Assembly (NCBI RefSeq): GCF_028641065.1
Contig: NC_073389.1
Coordinates: 34,348,001-34,412,000, forward strand
Origin: Leucoraja erinacea
Lineage: Eukaryota
Direction of reading: 5' to 3'
DNA length: 64,000 nucleotides
In this document: positions 1-12,030 of the stretch, piece after piece
Position numbering within the stretch: position 1 is the stretch's first letter
Layout of the letters: every line of letters starts with the position of its first letter
Notes under the pieces: model-generated
Told to the model about the DNA's origin: nothing
The model's database searches: none
The model's input: only the letters and a program-made list of their open reading frames with translations
Position numbers and translations under genes: made by a program

Positions 1-849
1 GCACACATTCTCCCTGATTGCATGGGTTTATCAACATCTTAACAACATGCTTATAGGTTAACTTGCCACAGTAAATTACCAAAGTATAGGTGGGTGGTTG
101 GAAAAGTAGGGGAAGTATTACTTCACGCAAGACACAATAGATTACTGGGAAATGAGATTGATCTGAGAGTTGAACAAGAACGTGCTCTGCCCATCAAATC
201 TTTTGAAATTTTGATTGAAGAACAGCGTGCAACAAAAGTTGAAATGACAATTAAAGTGATACAACTCAATTAAATTATGATAATCTGATTAAAAGACTTA
301 TCACTAACTTTCCCTTTCAAACCTGCCTCCCAAATCCTTTGACCAAATTTTCTTGAAAGCCCATTTATTATTTTCCAATCCAATATTTTACTGAAAGACT
401 AATTAAAACACTCTTAAAAGGCCACAAATGCAATTGGAGTGACTATCTGCACAATTGATAGTTCTGAGCATCTTCACCTAACTTATTAACTTCACCATTC
501 CAAGAAAATATTAAAACCCAAAAGTCTCTCAAAATTAGCCTGGGACAAATGTCCCAATTGGTTCTGTGATTCATCCAACTCTGCCGCTTTGCAGACTTAC
601 TCCCTGTGCAGACCATTCTAATCTCAGACCTTTGCCAAGCTGCAGTGAAAACCATTTGAGCTCTAGATTTCCAAGGGTAAATTTTATCAAACCTATTTTC
701 GAAGTAGACCGAGAAAGAAATACATACAATTGTGAGACCTCTCCCTCATTCTCCCAGATAATAAAAACAATGAATATAACTTGAATAAGAGATTCTTAAA
801 AACAAGGTTATTTATTCTGATATTTATTTCTTCCCCATCTAAATTGAAG

Positions 850-1048
850 GCCAGATCAAGACCGGAGGTAATCAGAGATTTATAATAGTTGAACTCAGCT
901 ATCTGGAGCACACAGTAAGCATGTTTATCATCATTCCCAGTGAAAGAAAACAAGGCCTCTCTTATGTAGAGCCACACATCACAGCTCAAACTCTTTCAAC
1001 GTGGGCAAAAAGTATGAGAAGAATGAAAATGGAAGTTTTCTTACCCAG
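850..1048 (+). CDS. SERPINE3: SERPINE3 internal coding exon (199 nt), GQIKTGG...RRMKMEVFLPR
   Basis: AG at 848-849 and GTAAGT at 1049. Open frame with serpin motifs VELSY..SMFIIIP and EVFLPR. The phase joins the 2745 exon. Confidence 0.9.
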
Positions 1049-1144
1049 GTAAGTCTGGCCCTTGTAGACATAGAGGTACATATACAAATACATTGGTCAA
1101 TGACACCCTCAGTAATGTTTTAGTAACACATTAGTTAAATAAAA

Positions 1145-1860
1145 CATTGACCATGGAACAACACCACAATTCAAACAATTTCCCCATGGCTGAAAATAAT
1201 AACTTTAGCTGGAGTTTCCATGCAAAGGGGAGTATGAATCCTCGGTCCAGGAGTTTGGAGATAAGTTTGGTTGGAATTATGGTGTTGAAGGCAGATATGA
1301 AGTCAAATGATTGGGAGTCTGATGTTGGTGTCCTTTATGTCCAGATGAGGTGGGCTAGGCAAATGGCATCTGCCATTTACCTGATGCAGTGGTAGGCAAA
1401 TTGCTGGAGATCACAATTGTCTGCGAGGCTGGGATTGATGTGTCCCATGGCCAATTACTCGATGCATTTCATGATAGCCATGAAGGCACGCAACTCTGCT
1501 TCTCTTTGCCACAGGGATTATATTGGTTGTCTTGAAGCTGGGGGGAACCTCAGAATGGAGCAGGAAGTAGTTAATGATGTCCATGAATACTTCTGCCAGC
1601 AGGACTGCATAGATTCTAAGGCCATGACTGAGAAACTGTCTGAGCCAGTTGCATATCATGGGTTCACTCTCAGGAAAGCCGATCTGACATCTGAAACAGT
1701 GGTTGTGAGTATAGGCGTACCAGAAGCTGTCGAGGTGGGCAACATTATACTATTGCCCTCTATTCAAAACAAGCATAAAATGTATTATTGGCAGTGATAC
1801 CACGAACCTCACTTTGCAACATGTAGAAGTAATTAAGCCTTAACGCAATCGATAGGTTCT
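1145..1860 (-). mobile_element. Degraded Rex1/Babar-type LINE RT fragment
   Basis: ORF 1411..1659 contains SEVPPSFKTTNIIPVAKRSRVACLH, similar to the Rex1 FK.S.IIPVPKK...CLNDYRP motif. Confidence 0.55.
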
Positions 1861-2744
1861 ATATGGTTATCCTGGGACTCTTTCTCAGGCTAGAATTTTC
1901 TCTGGGTGTCCATGATAACTTTGTGTAGGTCGTATATGGATTTCTTGTGTAGGTCATGATTGTTGACTTGCATACTTTCAGTTGTGGAACACTTGGATTG
2001 TCTGGAGAGTACATCACCTTTTCTGCCTGTTACAGATAGTATCAGTAGATGCAAAGCAGATCCACCACTATTTTCTCCAAATGGTAGGATTATTTCCATT
2101 CCCTCCATCCAAGTGAGTGACAACTGATAAGTGGCGTGACAATTCACACTTGTGGATCTATAGAGACTTTTACGTAGCTATCTAGACTAGACTGAAAAAT
2201 CTGGTATCGATAAAGAGCGTTACATGTTGCATTAATACCCAAGCTGTTAAATTCATTTTTTTAAACCGTCTTTAATGGTAAATTTCCTTTAACTTACCAT
2301 TCTCTGAACAGGCATTCTTAAAAAAAAAAACTGCATGTAGATCAGTGCTGCTGTTCTTGTAGTGAGATGTTCTCAATGGTGAGAGTTGGTTCATCAGAAG
2401 GAAAATATTTAAGAGGTGGAATATCTTGGTTTTCCCACACTCCAGGAGGGAATGTCCACAAATACTTGAATAGTGGGAAGTCATTAGAATGAACAATGAA
2501 ACGTCATCTGACCGAAAATGGCTGTGCACATTCATACACTAACATTGCCACTTCGTGACTTAGTATTTAACAAATACACAAGGGTAACTTTGCTAATTCA
2601 CTAAACTGAAGACTGGCAAGATCAGAATATCCTCACTTTACACACTCACCTGGATTCACTTTACATTGATAATGATTTTGGACTACTCAGTGCCACAGTT
2701 GTAGAACATCAAACTGATTGCACCTTATCACACTTAATATTTAG

Positions 2745-2845
2745 GTTTAAAGTGCAAAGTAAATTCAACCTCAAGACGGTGCTATCAACTTTGGGTATCA
2801 CTGATCTTTTCAGTCCTACTAAAGCAGACTTCAGAGGAATTTCTG
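2745..2845 (+). CDS. SERPINE3: SERPINE3 coding exon (101 nt), (R)FKVQSKFNLKTVLSTLGITDLFSPTKADFRGIS
   Basis: ttag|G acceptor and G|gtaag donor. Serpin LGITDLF..ADF.GIS motif. Confidence 0.93.
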
Positions 2846-3170
2846 GTAAGCAGCACTCTAATCCTAACTAGGGTGGATTATGGCTATAAATAAAATTGTA
2901 ATACAATAGGCAATAGGTGCAGGAGTTGGCCATTCGGCCCTTCAAGCATTTTAATATTTAAAATACATTTTAATATTCCTACTTGATCTTCACTTAAAGC
3001 ATTTTAGATCTTTCTATTTAAATATTATTTATGCAGTGAAATTACTTAATTGCTATGCGAGAAAAGTGGCAGATTAATTTGTTTCTAATAAATAGCCAAT
3101 AATCCTCTATTTTAAATGCAATTGTGATTTTCAATGCTAAGTAATAACTGACAATGGTTCATAATTTTAG

Positions 3171-3257
3171 AGCATGAAAAACTATTTGTTTCTGAAGCTA
3201 TTCATGAAGCAAGAATAGAAGTAACAGAAGATGGCACTGAAGCTGCAGCTGCGACAG
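3171..3257 (+). CDS. SERPINE3: SERPINE3 coding exon (87 nt), EHEKLFVSEAIHEARIEVTEDGTEAAAAT (hinge)
   Basis: ttttag acceptor and G|gtattt donor. Serpin hinge EVTEDGTEAAAAT. Confidence 0.93.
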
Positions 3258-3275
3258 GTATTTATTGTTGTGAAT

Positions 3276-3608
3276 CCGTATTTCCCGGCAATGAAGGCGC
3301 ACCCCCAATTTAAGTAGCTACATTTTGAAAAAAGGATGGCGGGACAGGATCAAGGGTTTGGTTTTATCCAGGGGTCTGCAACATCACCTGCATGCACCGG
3401 GACTGCCTGCAGTTCCCAGGTCGCCTGCAAGGAGGGAGGGGGAAGGAGGGAGGGGGAGAGGGAGAATCGTTCCTGAGGTGGCTGTACTGAGGGATAGCCA
3501 AGTTATATGTCTTGGCTAACAACCTAACCTTCGGCCTCCAAGATGCAGGTAAATATTTGTGCCTTATTTTGGGGTAAAAAATAGCGTCTTCATTGCCGGG
3601 AAATAAGT
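3276..3608. mobile_element. MITE with Tc1/mariner-pogo (CCGTATTT) type TIRs
   Basis: Perfect 18-bp inverted repeat tatttcccggcaatgaag / cttcattgccgggaaata, with TA on the right flank. Confidence 0.75.
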
Positions 3609-3696
3609 TAGCTCTTCCAATGTAACTTTGAGAACAAGAGCTCTCAGATGTGCAGAAATAAATACCAACTAGTTTGCCTTGCACTAGAATAGAGAT

Positions 3697-4506
3697 TCAA
3701 GAGAGTTTATTGTCATGTGTCCCAGATAGGACAATTAAATTCTTGCTTTGCTTCAGCACAACAGAATATGGTAGGCATGAATACAGAACAGATTAGTGTG
3801 TCCATATACCATTATATAAATATATACACACATGAACAAATAAACAGATAAAGTGCAAATAAACAGATAATGAGCTATTAATGTTCAGAGTTTTGTTTGA
3901 GTTGAGTTTAATAGCCTGATGCCTGTGGGAAAGAAGCTACTCCTGAACCTGGACATTGCAGTCTTCAGGCTCCTGTACCTTCTACCTGAAGGTAGCGGGG
4001 AGATGAGTGTGTGCCAGGATGATGTGGGTCCTCGTTGATGCTGCCAGCCTTTTTGAGATTCCCTCGATGGTAGTGAGGTCAGAACTGATGATGGACTGGG
4101 CAGTGTTTACTACTTTTTGTAGTCTTTTTCACTCCTGGGCACTCAAGTTGCCGAACCAAGCCATGATGCAACCGGTCAGCATGCTCTCTACTGAGAACCT
4201 GTCGAAGTTAGAGAGAGTCCTCCGTGACATACCGACTCTCCGTAACCTTCTCAGGTAGTAGAGGAGCTGATGTGCTTTCTTTATAATAGCATCAGTGTTC
4301 TCGGACAAGGAGAGATCTTCAGAGATGTGCCTGCCCAGGAATTTGAAGCTCTTGACCCTTTCCACCATCGACTCGTTGATATAAACGGGACTGTGGGTTC
4401 CCATCTACCCCTTCCAAAGTCCACAATCAGTTCCTTGGTTTTGCTGGTGTTGAGGGCCAGGTTATTGTGCTGGTACCATTTGGTCAGTCGGTTGATCTCA
4501 CTTCTC
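3697..4506 (-). mobile_element. 5'-truncated Rex1-type LINE 3' end
   Basis: ORFs with LNTSKTKELIVDF, FKFLG.HISEDL and LRRLRR..M. Same family as 32895-33578 and the short tail near 57355. Confidence 0.8.
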
Positions 4507-4539
4507 AGAAGTAACAAAGGTTCATGGTTTTCTGTACAC

Positions 4540-6033
4540 CACCTATCTTACACATCACCTATCTTAGTATCACCTGCATACTTACAAAACCAATTTACCA
4601 CACCATCATCCAGATCATTGATGTATATGACAAACAACAGTGGACCCAACACAGATCCCTGAGGCACCCCACTAGTCACCGGCCTCCAACCTGACAAACA
4701 GTTATCCACCATTACTCTCTGGTATCTCCCATTCAGCCACTGTTGAATGCATCTTGCTACTCCACTATTAATACCCAACAATTGAACCTTCTTAACCAAC
4801 CTTCCATGTGGAACATTGTCAAAGGCCTTAATGAAGTTCATATAGACAACATCCACCGCTTTACCCTCATCAATTTCCCTAGTAACCTCTTCAAAAATGT
4901 CAAGAAGATTAGTCAAACATGACCTTCCAGGCACAAATCCGTGTTGACTGTTCCTAATCAGACCCTAGATAATATATATTATCTCTAAGTATCCTTTCCA
5001 TTAATTTCCCCACCACTGACGTCAAACTAACAGGTCTATAATTGCTAGGTTTACTCTTAGAACCCTTTTTAAACAATGGAACAATATGCGCAGTACTCCA
5101 ATCCTCCGGCACTATTCCCCTTTCTAATGACATTTGAAATATTTCTGTCATATCCCCTGCTATTTCTACACTAACTTCCCTCAATGTCCTAGGGAATATC
5201 CTGTCAGGATCTGGAGACTTATCCACTTTTTCATAAGTGTCTGTGCTTCCTCTTCTTTGATCCTCATAGTTTCCATAGCTACCCTACTTGTTCCCCTTAC
5301 CTCACATAATTCAATATCCTTCTCCTTGGTGAATACCGAAGATAATAAATTGTTTAATATCTCCCCCATCTCTTTTAGCTCTGCAGATGGCTGTCCACTC
5401 TGACTCTCTAATGGACCGATTTTATCCCTCGTTACCCTTTTGCTATTAATATAGCTGTAGAAACCCTTTGGGTTTACTTTCACCTTACTTGCCAAAGCAA
5501 CCTCATATCTTTTAGCTTTTCTAATTTCTTTCTTAAGATTCTTTTTACATTCTTTATACTCCTCCAGCACCTCATTTACTCCATGCTGCCTATTATTATT
5601 GTAGATCCCTCTCGTTTTCCGAACCGTGTCCAATTTCCCTTGAAAACCATGGCTCTTACCAATTATTACTCTTTCCTTTCAACCGAACAGGGACATAAAG
5701 ATTCTGTACTCTTAAAAAGTCACCTTTAAATGTCCATTTCTCTACTACATTCACTCCTTTCAAATCCTTTCACATCTTCTCAAAGTTAGCCTTTCTCCAA
5801 TCAAAAATCTCAACCCTTAGTCCAGTTCTGACCTTTGCCATAATTATATTGAAAGTAATGGTATTGTGATCACTGGACCTGAAGTACTCCCCAACACATA
5901 CCTCCATCAACTGACCTGTCTCATTTCCTAACAGGAAGTCTAGCACTGCCACTTCTCTAGTAGGTACCTCTATGTATTGCTGAAAAAAATTATCCTGCAC
6001 ACATTTTACAAACTCCAAACCATTTAGCCCCTT
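4540..6033 (-). mobile_element. CR1-clade LINE ORF2 fragment (frameshifted)
   Basis: NYRPVSLTSVVGK, SCLTNL, SGVPQGSVLGPLLF.IYINDL, and YAGD (from FADD). Confidence 0.9.
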
Positions 6034-6114
6034 TAACAGAAATAAAGTAAGTTTATAAAATCAATTTCTTCATCTGTCATATACGATCTATCATGCAGGT
6101 AATTTATATATAGA

Positions 6115-6432
6115 TTTGAGTTACAGCGTGGAATCAGGCCTTTATGCCTACCGAGTCCACCCCGATCACCTGTTTGCACCACTTCTATGTTATCCCATTT
6201 TCTCATCCACTCCCTACACACAAGGAGCAATTCTCAGAGGAAAATGAACCTACAAACCTACTTTGGGATCTGGGAAGAAACCGGAGTGCTCAGGAAACCC
6301 ATGCGGTCACAGGGAGAATGTGCAAACTCCACAGTGACAGGCACCGAGATCAGGATCAAACCCAAGTCCCTGATGCTGTAAGCTCTAACAGGAGCCACAC
6401 TATGCTATCCATTACGTAGCTGTGCTACCCAC
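6115..6432 (-). mobile_element. tRNA-derived HE1/V-SINE-type SINE
   Basis: Similar to the other copies (gtcacagggagaatgtgcaaactcc, B-box region, CR1-like tail). Confidence 0.75.
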
Positions 6433-6740
6433 ATTTCATTTAGGAAAAATTGGGAATATGGATTACCGGATCAGATTGTCAAGATCTGACAAATCTTGTC
6501 GTCAGATTTTACAAAGAAACTAGAAAAATATAGCTTACTTGGAATGAGGGTTGCAAGTGTGGGGCACAGGAAGAAACATACAGCAGTGGGAAGGAGAGAA
6601 AAAAACAGCAGAAAAGGAGTTGAGATAAAGGGTACCATATTGTAAAATACGACTCAAAGCAATGATATATATTTCACAAAACAATTAACAATTCTATTTT
6701 TTAGTTCTGCCCATTTAAATTTTATTCCATTTTATTTCAG

Positions 6741-6824
6741 CCATGGTTCTAATGAAAAGATCCCGGGCACTTGTATTTAAGGCTGACAGGCCATTTTTCT
6801 TTCTACTGCGCCATCTCAACACAG
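6741..6824 (+). CDS. SERPINE3: SERPINE3 coding exon (84 nt), AMVLMKRSRALVFKADRPFFFLLRHLNT (reactive loop and serpin signature)
   Basis: tttcag acceptor and G|gtaatg donor. KRSR loop plus FKADRPF resembles SERPINE3 as recalled. Adjacency to INTS6 matches known synteny. Confidence 0.93.
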
Positions 6825-7324
6825 GTAATGCACTGTTGATGTGTTTCCTTTTCATATACTGCTTTTCGTATGAAGCAGTTGCTGTTCAAATTACAGTGCA
6901 TTATGTTTGCCATCTTCCATTAATCTTTTAAGCTCACATGATAAAGAATCCAAGCTTAACATGTCCCTCATTCCTGGTCTAGAACATGCATGTCATCCCT
7001 GCATCTTTTCAAAGTCTTTTCCAATGTTTAGTGCACAGATTTGAAAACCATGCTCCGAGGTTTAACCAGTGAATTTGCTTTATATGATTTGGAGCATAAT
7101 CTTTCATGCTTTCGCTAATTACCTACATCTTGCATTGGTCATAATTTGATTTGTAATTGATCATTTGCAATGAATATTGCTCAAAAATAACACTTATAAA
7201 CAAGTTACGAACAGCAGCACATTATGCAGCAATTTTACTGTACTGGCATTGAATTTTTACCCTGCAGAACTTGATGAACACAATACAAAAATGTCATGTT
7301 AACGTGAGCCATTTAATTCCACAG

Positions 7325-7368
7325 GAACAATAGTTTTCATGGGTCGTGTGATGGATCCGCTTGAATAA
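7325..7368 (+). CDS. SERPINE3: SERPINE3 terminal coding exon, GTIVFMGRVMDPLE*
   Basis: ccacag acceptor. Serpin C-terminal FMGRV..P motif. TAA at 7366-7368. Confidence 0.92.
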
Positions 7369-7369
7369 A
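7364..7369 (+). promoter_or_regulatory. Candidate poly(A) signal AATAAA overlapping the SERPINE3 stop codon
   Basis: GAA TAA AA reads AATAAA. Usage is unproven. Confidence 0.3.
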
Positions 7370-7394
7370 AACATTACAAAAGGTTATCGGGGAC

Positions 7395-7672
7395 AGTCTC
7401 TTCAATGAATCACTAAACCAAGGCACTGTCCGCTCTCTCAGGTGGATGCAAAAGATTTCATGGCACTATTTTGAAGTCTAGCCGAGAAAGTATCTCCAGA
7501 GTTCTGACCACCATCAATCCATTCACCAGTATCGCTAAAATAAACCATTCCATCTGTTTGTCAGAACCCGGCATGCAAGTTGCAGTGCATCTGACATTGG
7601 ACTATAAAGTAGATAACCGGCTTGAAATAACTGTGGGATGTCCTGAAAGGTGTTATAAAATTGATACCTCTG
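7395..7672 (+). mobile_element. Old Deu-domain SINE (SacSINE/AmnSINE-like) just past the SERPINE3 stop
   Basis: ctctcaggtggatgcaaaagatttcatggcactatttt matches the recalled Deu-domain core. Confidence 0.65.
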
Positions 7673-8239
7673 TAGAATTTTAAGGTATGAATTAAGCAAT
7701 AAGTACTTTGCATATTCCAGGAAATATTATGATGTTGAAATACCTACTTACTTTGTCAATTTAAAGACAGGCATCTGGTCGAGATATTACATACCATACA
7801 TATCACTTGATATATAAACTCAGTGAAAGTGTTGTATAGTTTAATGCTAAAAGTATCAAACATCTCTGTGCAGCATAACATTTTCTTGCTTCTTGTTGAG
7901 TCAAAGCACTATTCACACACGTAGCAAAAATGCCTTAAATAATTCACCAAATGTTTATATTTAAGCACTGCATCACTTCCTCCTACCTACAATCCACTTT
8001 AAACATTCAGACTTACCTGGTATAAAAGGGAACATCCAGCCGCCCAAATCAGTTTGAATGCACTGCGAATGCTTCATTACATTGCAGTGTAGATTAGTAA
8101 CACCTGTAAAGCCATCCATTCCAGTAGACAGGTAATTTGCTTATTTCAATGAACCATGTCATTGTTGAAATAAATACCCTGAGTACACAAGGCTGGTTAC
8201 ACATGCACAGGAAATCAATCCAATATAAAATAGATACTT

Positions 8240-8245
8240 TTTAAT
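8240..8245 (-). promoter_or_regulatory. Candidate INTS6 poly(A) signal ATTAAA, about 0.7 kb past the stop
   Basis: tttaat on + within a TE-free, AT-rich, UTR-like segment. Confidence 0.3.
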
Positions 8246-8932
8246 GCAGGAAATAGTAACAAAGGCATTTTAAATAATCTCAAAATATGGCCTTTTACGA
8301 CAGAATGTTCCATTCAAAAATAATTTGTCTTAGGCAAATTAGTTTGTTTTTTTAAAAGACAAATGTCCTCATTGTTTATACAGTTTTCTTGATATGGGCC
8401 AGTTTCCAATGATTGATCAGAAGGATTGACCTGGGGAAACCAGGTCAGCCCAGAAACTGTGACAAAAAGTAGACAAGACAAAAACACATCTTGGAATTCA
8501 TTGGACACAAAAGACTTTTCCTCCTTTAATTCCATGCAACATGAAAATCAAATTGGGTTCATTTTTGCCAAATGATTTATCCCATTTCTGAGGCAAGCTG
8601 CTTCAACTGGAAAAAAAATGGTTAATCACAGAAAGCAAATGTTACAGAATGGTGTCTTTCTGAAGGTAAAATAACATAACTCATCTGCTCGAATAGTGAT
8701 GTGCCTCGTGCCCAGTGTCCTGAATGTGTCATACAATCATCAAAAGATGGCATGTCTAATACTACTTATGCTAAGGTCCAGATAGTCTAACCGTGCAAAG
8801 AAAAGGCGGCAAATTTTGCCACAGAGCAAGTGAAAGTACAGTAAAAGTAAGCTTGTGTGGTCCAATATGGATTTCTCAAAGACTTTAAGAGAACACCAGA
8901 AAACAGTCCAGTCTTATGTTTCTCAGGATTCA

Positions 8933-9026
8933 TTATCGGTTGTTGATATAATTTACCCGACTGGATTTACTTTGTATTTCTTCCAAAATCCCTTCAAGCT
9001 CTTCAATCAGTACTCGTTTTTTAAAC
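8933..9026 (-). CDS. INTS6: INTS6 terminal coding exon (ex18), RFKKRVLIEELEGILEEIQSKSSRVNYINNR*
   Basis: Poly-T/atag acceptor, 94 nt, ends TAA followed by TGA. INTS6 C-terminal domain motif RFKKR.LIE.LE. Confidence 0.92.
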
Positions 9027-9991
9027 CTATTAAAAAAAAAAAATAACATTAGCATTTACAGCAATAACAGCCTCTTCAAATCCATTTGGAGGCAATAATA
9101 ATACTAACTGTTCGAATTCCAAAATAGGAAAAGACTGGCTTGATTCAATTCGATAAGATCAATTATTTCAGTCAAGTGAACATCCAGAATAAGTCTAATC
9201 AGGCTCATTGAATAAGATTACTTTATTACAAAATAAAGGGTGTGTCACTTTCTCAATTGATGAAGTCATGTCACTTATTTTTAAGCATCTCTCTGCTTTT
9301 TGTAAAAAAAATAAAAAGCCGTCATGGCTTTCTTTCAAAAACGGATTCATTGCTTCTTCCTTCCTGTTCAGGGTTAGGAAGTGAGAGAAGGTCATCTGAG
9401 CATAATGTGAGGTGTCAAGTGATTACTGGGAAAACATTTTCAGGAAACTAACTTGCATTAGCATTCATTTCATTGGCTCTTTTTAAAAATATTACACTTT
9501 GATATATAGGACAGCTAAAAATAATTGTATCCTTTTGGGGGGGGGGGGGGGGGGAGGGAAAGAGAGTGGACATTAAAAAGTTTGAGATGTTACTACTTTC
9601 CTTTTGCTTTATGATAAAGCGAAGAGAAAAGCTGTTCAAGAGTAACACATTTGTTGCAGGCAATAGTTTGGGCATCTGTTTTTCCAGCTATTCCTTTCAG
9701 TACCTTGGAATGTTTCTTGCTTTTCTCTAAACTCAATGGACAGGTCATCTGCCGCTGAAACCTCTGAGTACTCTGGCCGATGTTACTCTGGTTATGGCTG
9801 GACAACACTCTGCTGCCCATCCTCTCTTATTCCACTCACCATGAACTTACTCAAACAATGCTGCCTGTATTCTAATTAAAAACTCATCCTTCACCTCAGA
9901 GCATGCTGACCTATATTTGATCTATCCACGAATAGGTCTCCATGGACTTCCATATCCCAAATATTAAACCATGTATAAAATTATCTTCCCA

Positions 9992-10510
9992 GGTTTAGTG
10001 CAGTTTAGAAATACATCATAGAAACAGGCCCTTCGGCCCACCGAGTCTACGCTGAACACAGATAACTTTCACAAACCTGTTCTATATTATCCCACATTCT
10101 CATCGACTGCCTACTTATAAGGGACCATTTTATTTTGCAGCAGCCAATTAACCTCCAAACCCAGATATGTGTCTTTGGGATGTGGGTGGAAACAGGAGCA
10201 CCTTGAGAAAACCCATGTGTTCACAGGGAGAACATGTAAACTCTACAGACAACACGAGGTAGAAATATAGAAAAATAGGTGCAGGAGTAGGCCATTTGGC
10301 CCTTCGAGCCAGCATTGCCATTCAATATGATCATGGCTGATCTTCCAAAACCAGTACCCCGTTCCGGCTTTTTCCCCGTATCCGTTGATTCCCTTAGCCT
10401 CAAGAGCTAAATCTAACTCTTTCCCTTTGACGAAAGAGAGGTCAGGATTGAACTTGGTCTCTGGCGTTGTGAGGCAGGAGCTCCAGCAGCTGTGAAACTA
10501 TGTCGTCCTA
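9992..10510 (-). mobile_element. HE1/V-type SINE interrupted by a CR1 3' tail (about 10260-10425)
   Basis: The SINE body resumes at gaggtcaggattgaac after the CR1 tail ataggtgcaggagtaggccatt. Confidence 0.75.
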
Positions 10511-12030
10511 AGGTTCTCTGCCTGTCACAATTTCCATGGAATCCATATTAAAAGCCATTAAAAATATAAATTATTGTTGCAAAAATATGACAAAATATAG
10601 AAGATAAAAATTTCCAGTAATCTTTCAGTAAGATTGCAAAATAATGATTGGCCAAGGAGGATAGTTGAAGTGGCGTAGACAAGGCTGAGAACTTTTATTT
10701 TAATTCAACTAAGTATCTGTATCTTAGATGAAAGCATTGCCCAGTGTATTTTATGTGGAACTCTTCCAAGTCTGTTTGCAGCGCCCTTTTCATTGTTTGC
10801 ATCCACACAGACCTCTACAGTGGTTAGCAATTATTTTTTCCATGGTAAGGCCACTTTGCAATGCAAAGCTGTGCAACACATAACAGGTAACAATTGTGAA
10901 GATTCTGGTGATATTTTATGCAAAGCAGCACTTCGCCCATTACACCCTGCAGAAAAATGTGTGCAGATGCACGGGTTTCATAGTTGTGCTCTGCATCAGA
11001 TAACGACCAAGGAATAAAAAGATGTTAGCGACTGATGAAATTAACTAAATTATCCTTGCAATCATCTTCACATTCAAATAAAAATTGGCAATGAAGAATA
11101 CTTTCAAATGAAACTATGCTTGGGAAGCAGGAATTAATGCATGAATGAGTGCAACTGATCAATAACAGAACCCTTTGGAAGAAATTCTATAGAGAGCATC
11201 AGATTCTGCATTCCCAGACAAACATATAAATTGTATCACTGGATTACTATCCTTTTTGCTATGTTACAAGCAGCTACATAATATTATTATTTGGCAAAAG
11301 TGAATAGAGGAATCATCATGAAAAGTTAGTCATCATTACAACAAAGTCACAAATGTTTTTATTACAGATATCTTATGTGGAAAAGTCAGAGGCAATCCTG
11401 ATCTTGAGTGATCATGTTGCAGCGAGAGAGGATGGGGAGGATGTTACATCTGTTTCAAACTGACAACCGTTCACAAAAATTTGGCTAGGTGAATATGTTG
11501 ACAAGAAAGCTTTGAGTCTAACATTGATAGTTAACTTTCAGTGATCTGGTAAACATTCCCATCCTGGCAGTGGTGATTACAGCCAGCCTGGATTGTCCTT
11601 GTATTCCTAGTTTGGTGAAGGCTACCTCAGTTATGAAACTTAATGACATGGAAGCAGTATGCATTTCATTTAAAGTATGTGAAATTCAAATGTAGTCATA
11701 TGGTGGGCAGGATTTTACATGGTATAAAATTTAGAGCTTCAAAATTCTTTGTATATTTGCTTTATTACTTTGCACAGACAGTAAATTTGAGTGAGAAATT
11801 GCCATGGTGTGTGCTCACGGCAGGAACGAGAAATCGGAAATAATTTGAGAAATTCAGAGACAATAATTCAGTTTTTATTGAGGTGAAAAGAAATATGGAC
11901 AGCCAATTTATTCCAAGCTCCTTGGGGAGCAGACCCCCAATCCATGGTCAGGCTACCGAAAATGTTCTGAGTCACTGGCAGTATTTTAAAGAAACCCATT
12001 TTATTCAATATGTTGTTTGAAGTCTTAAAA

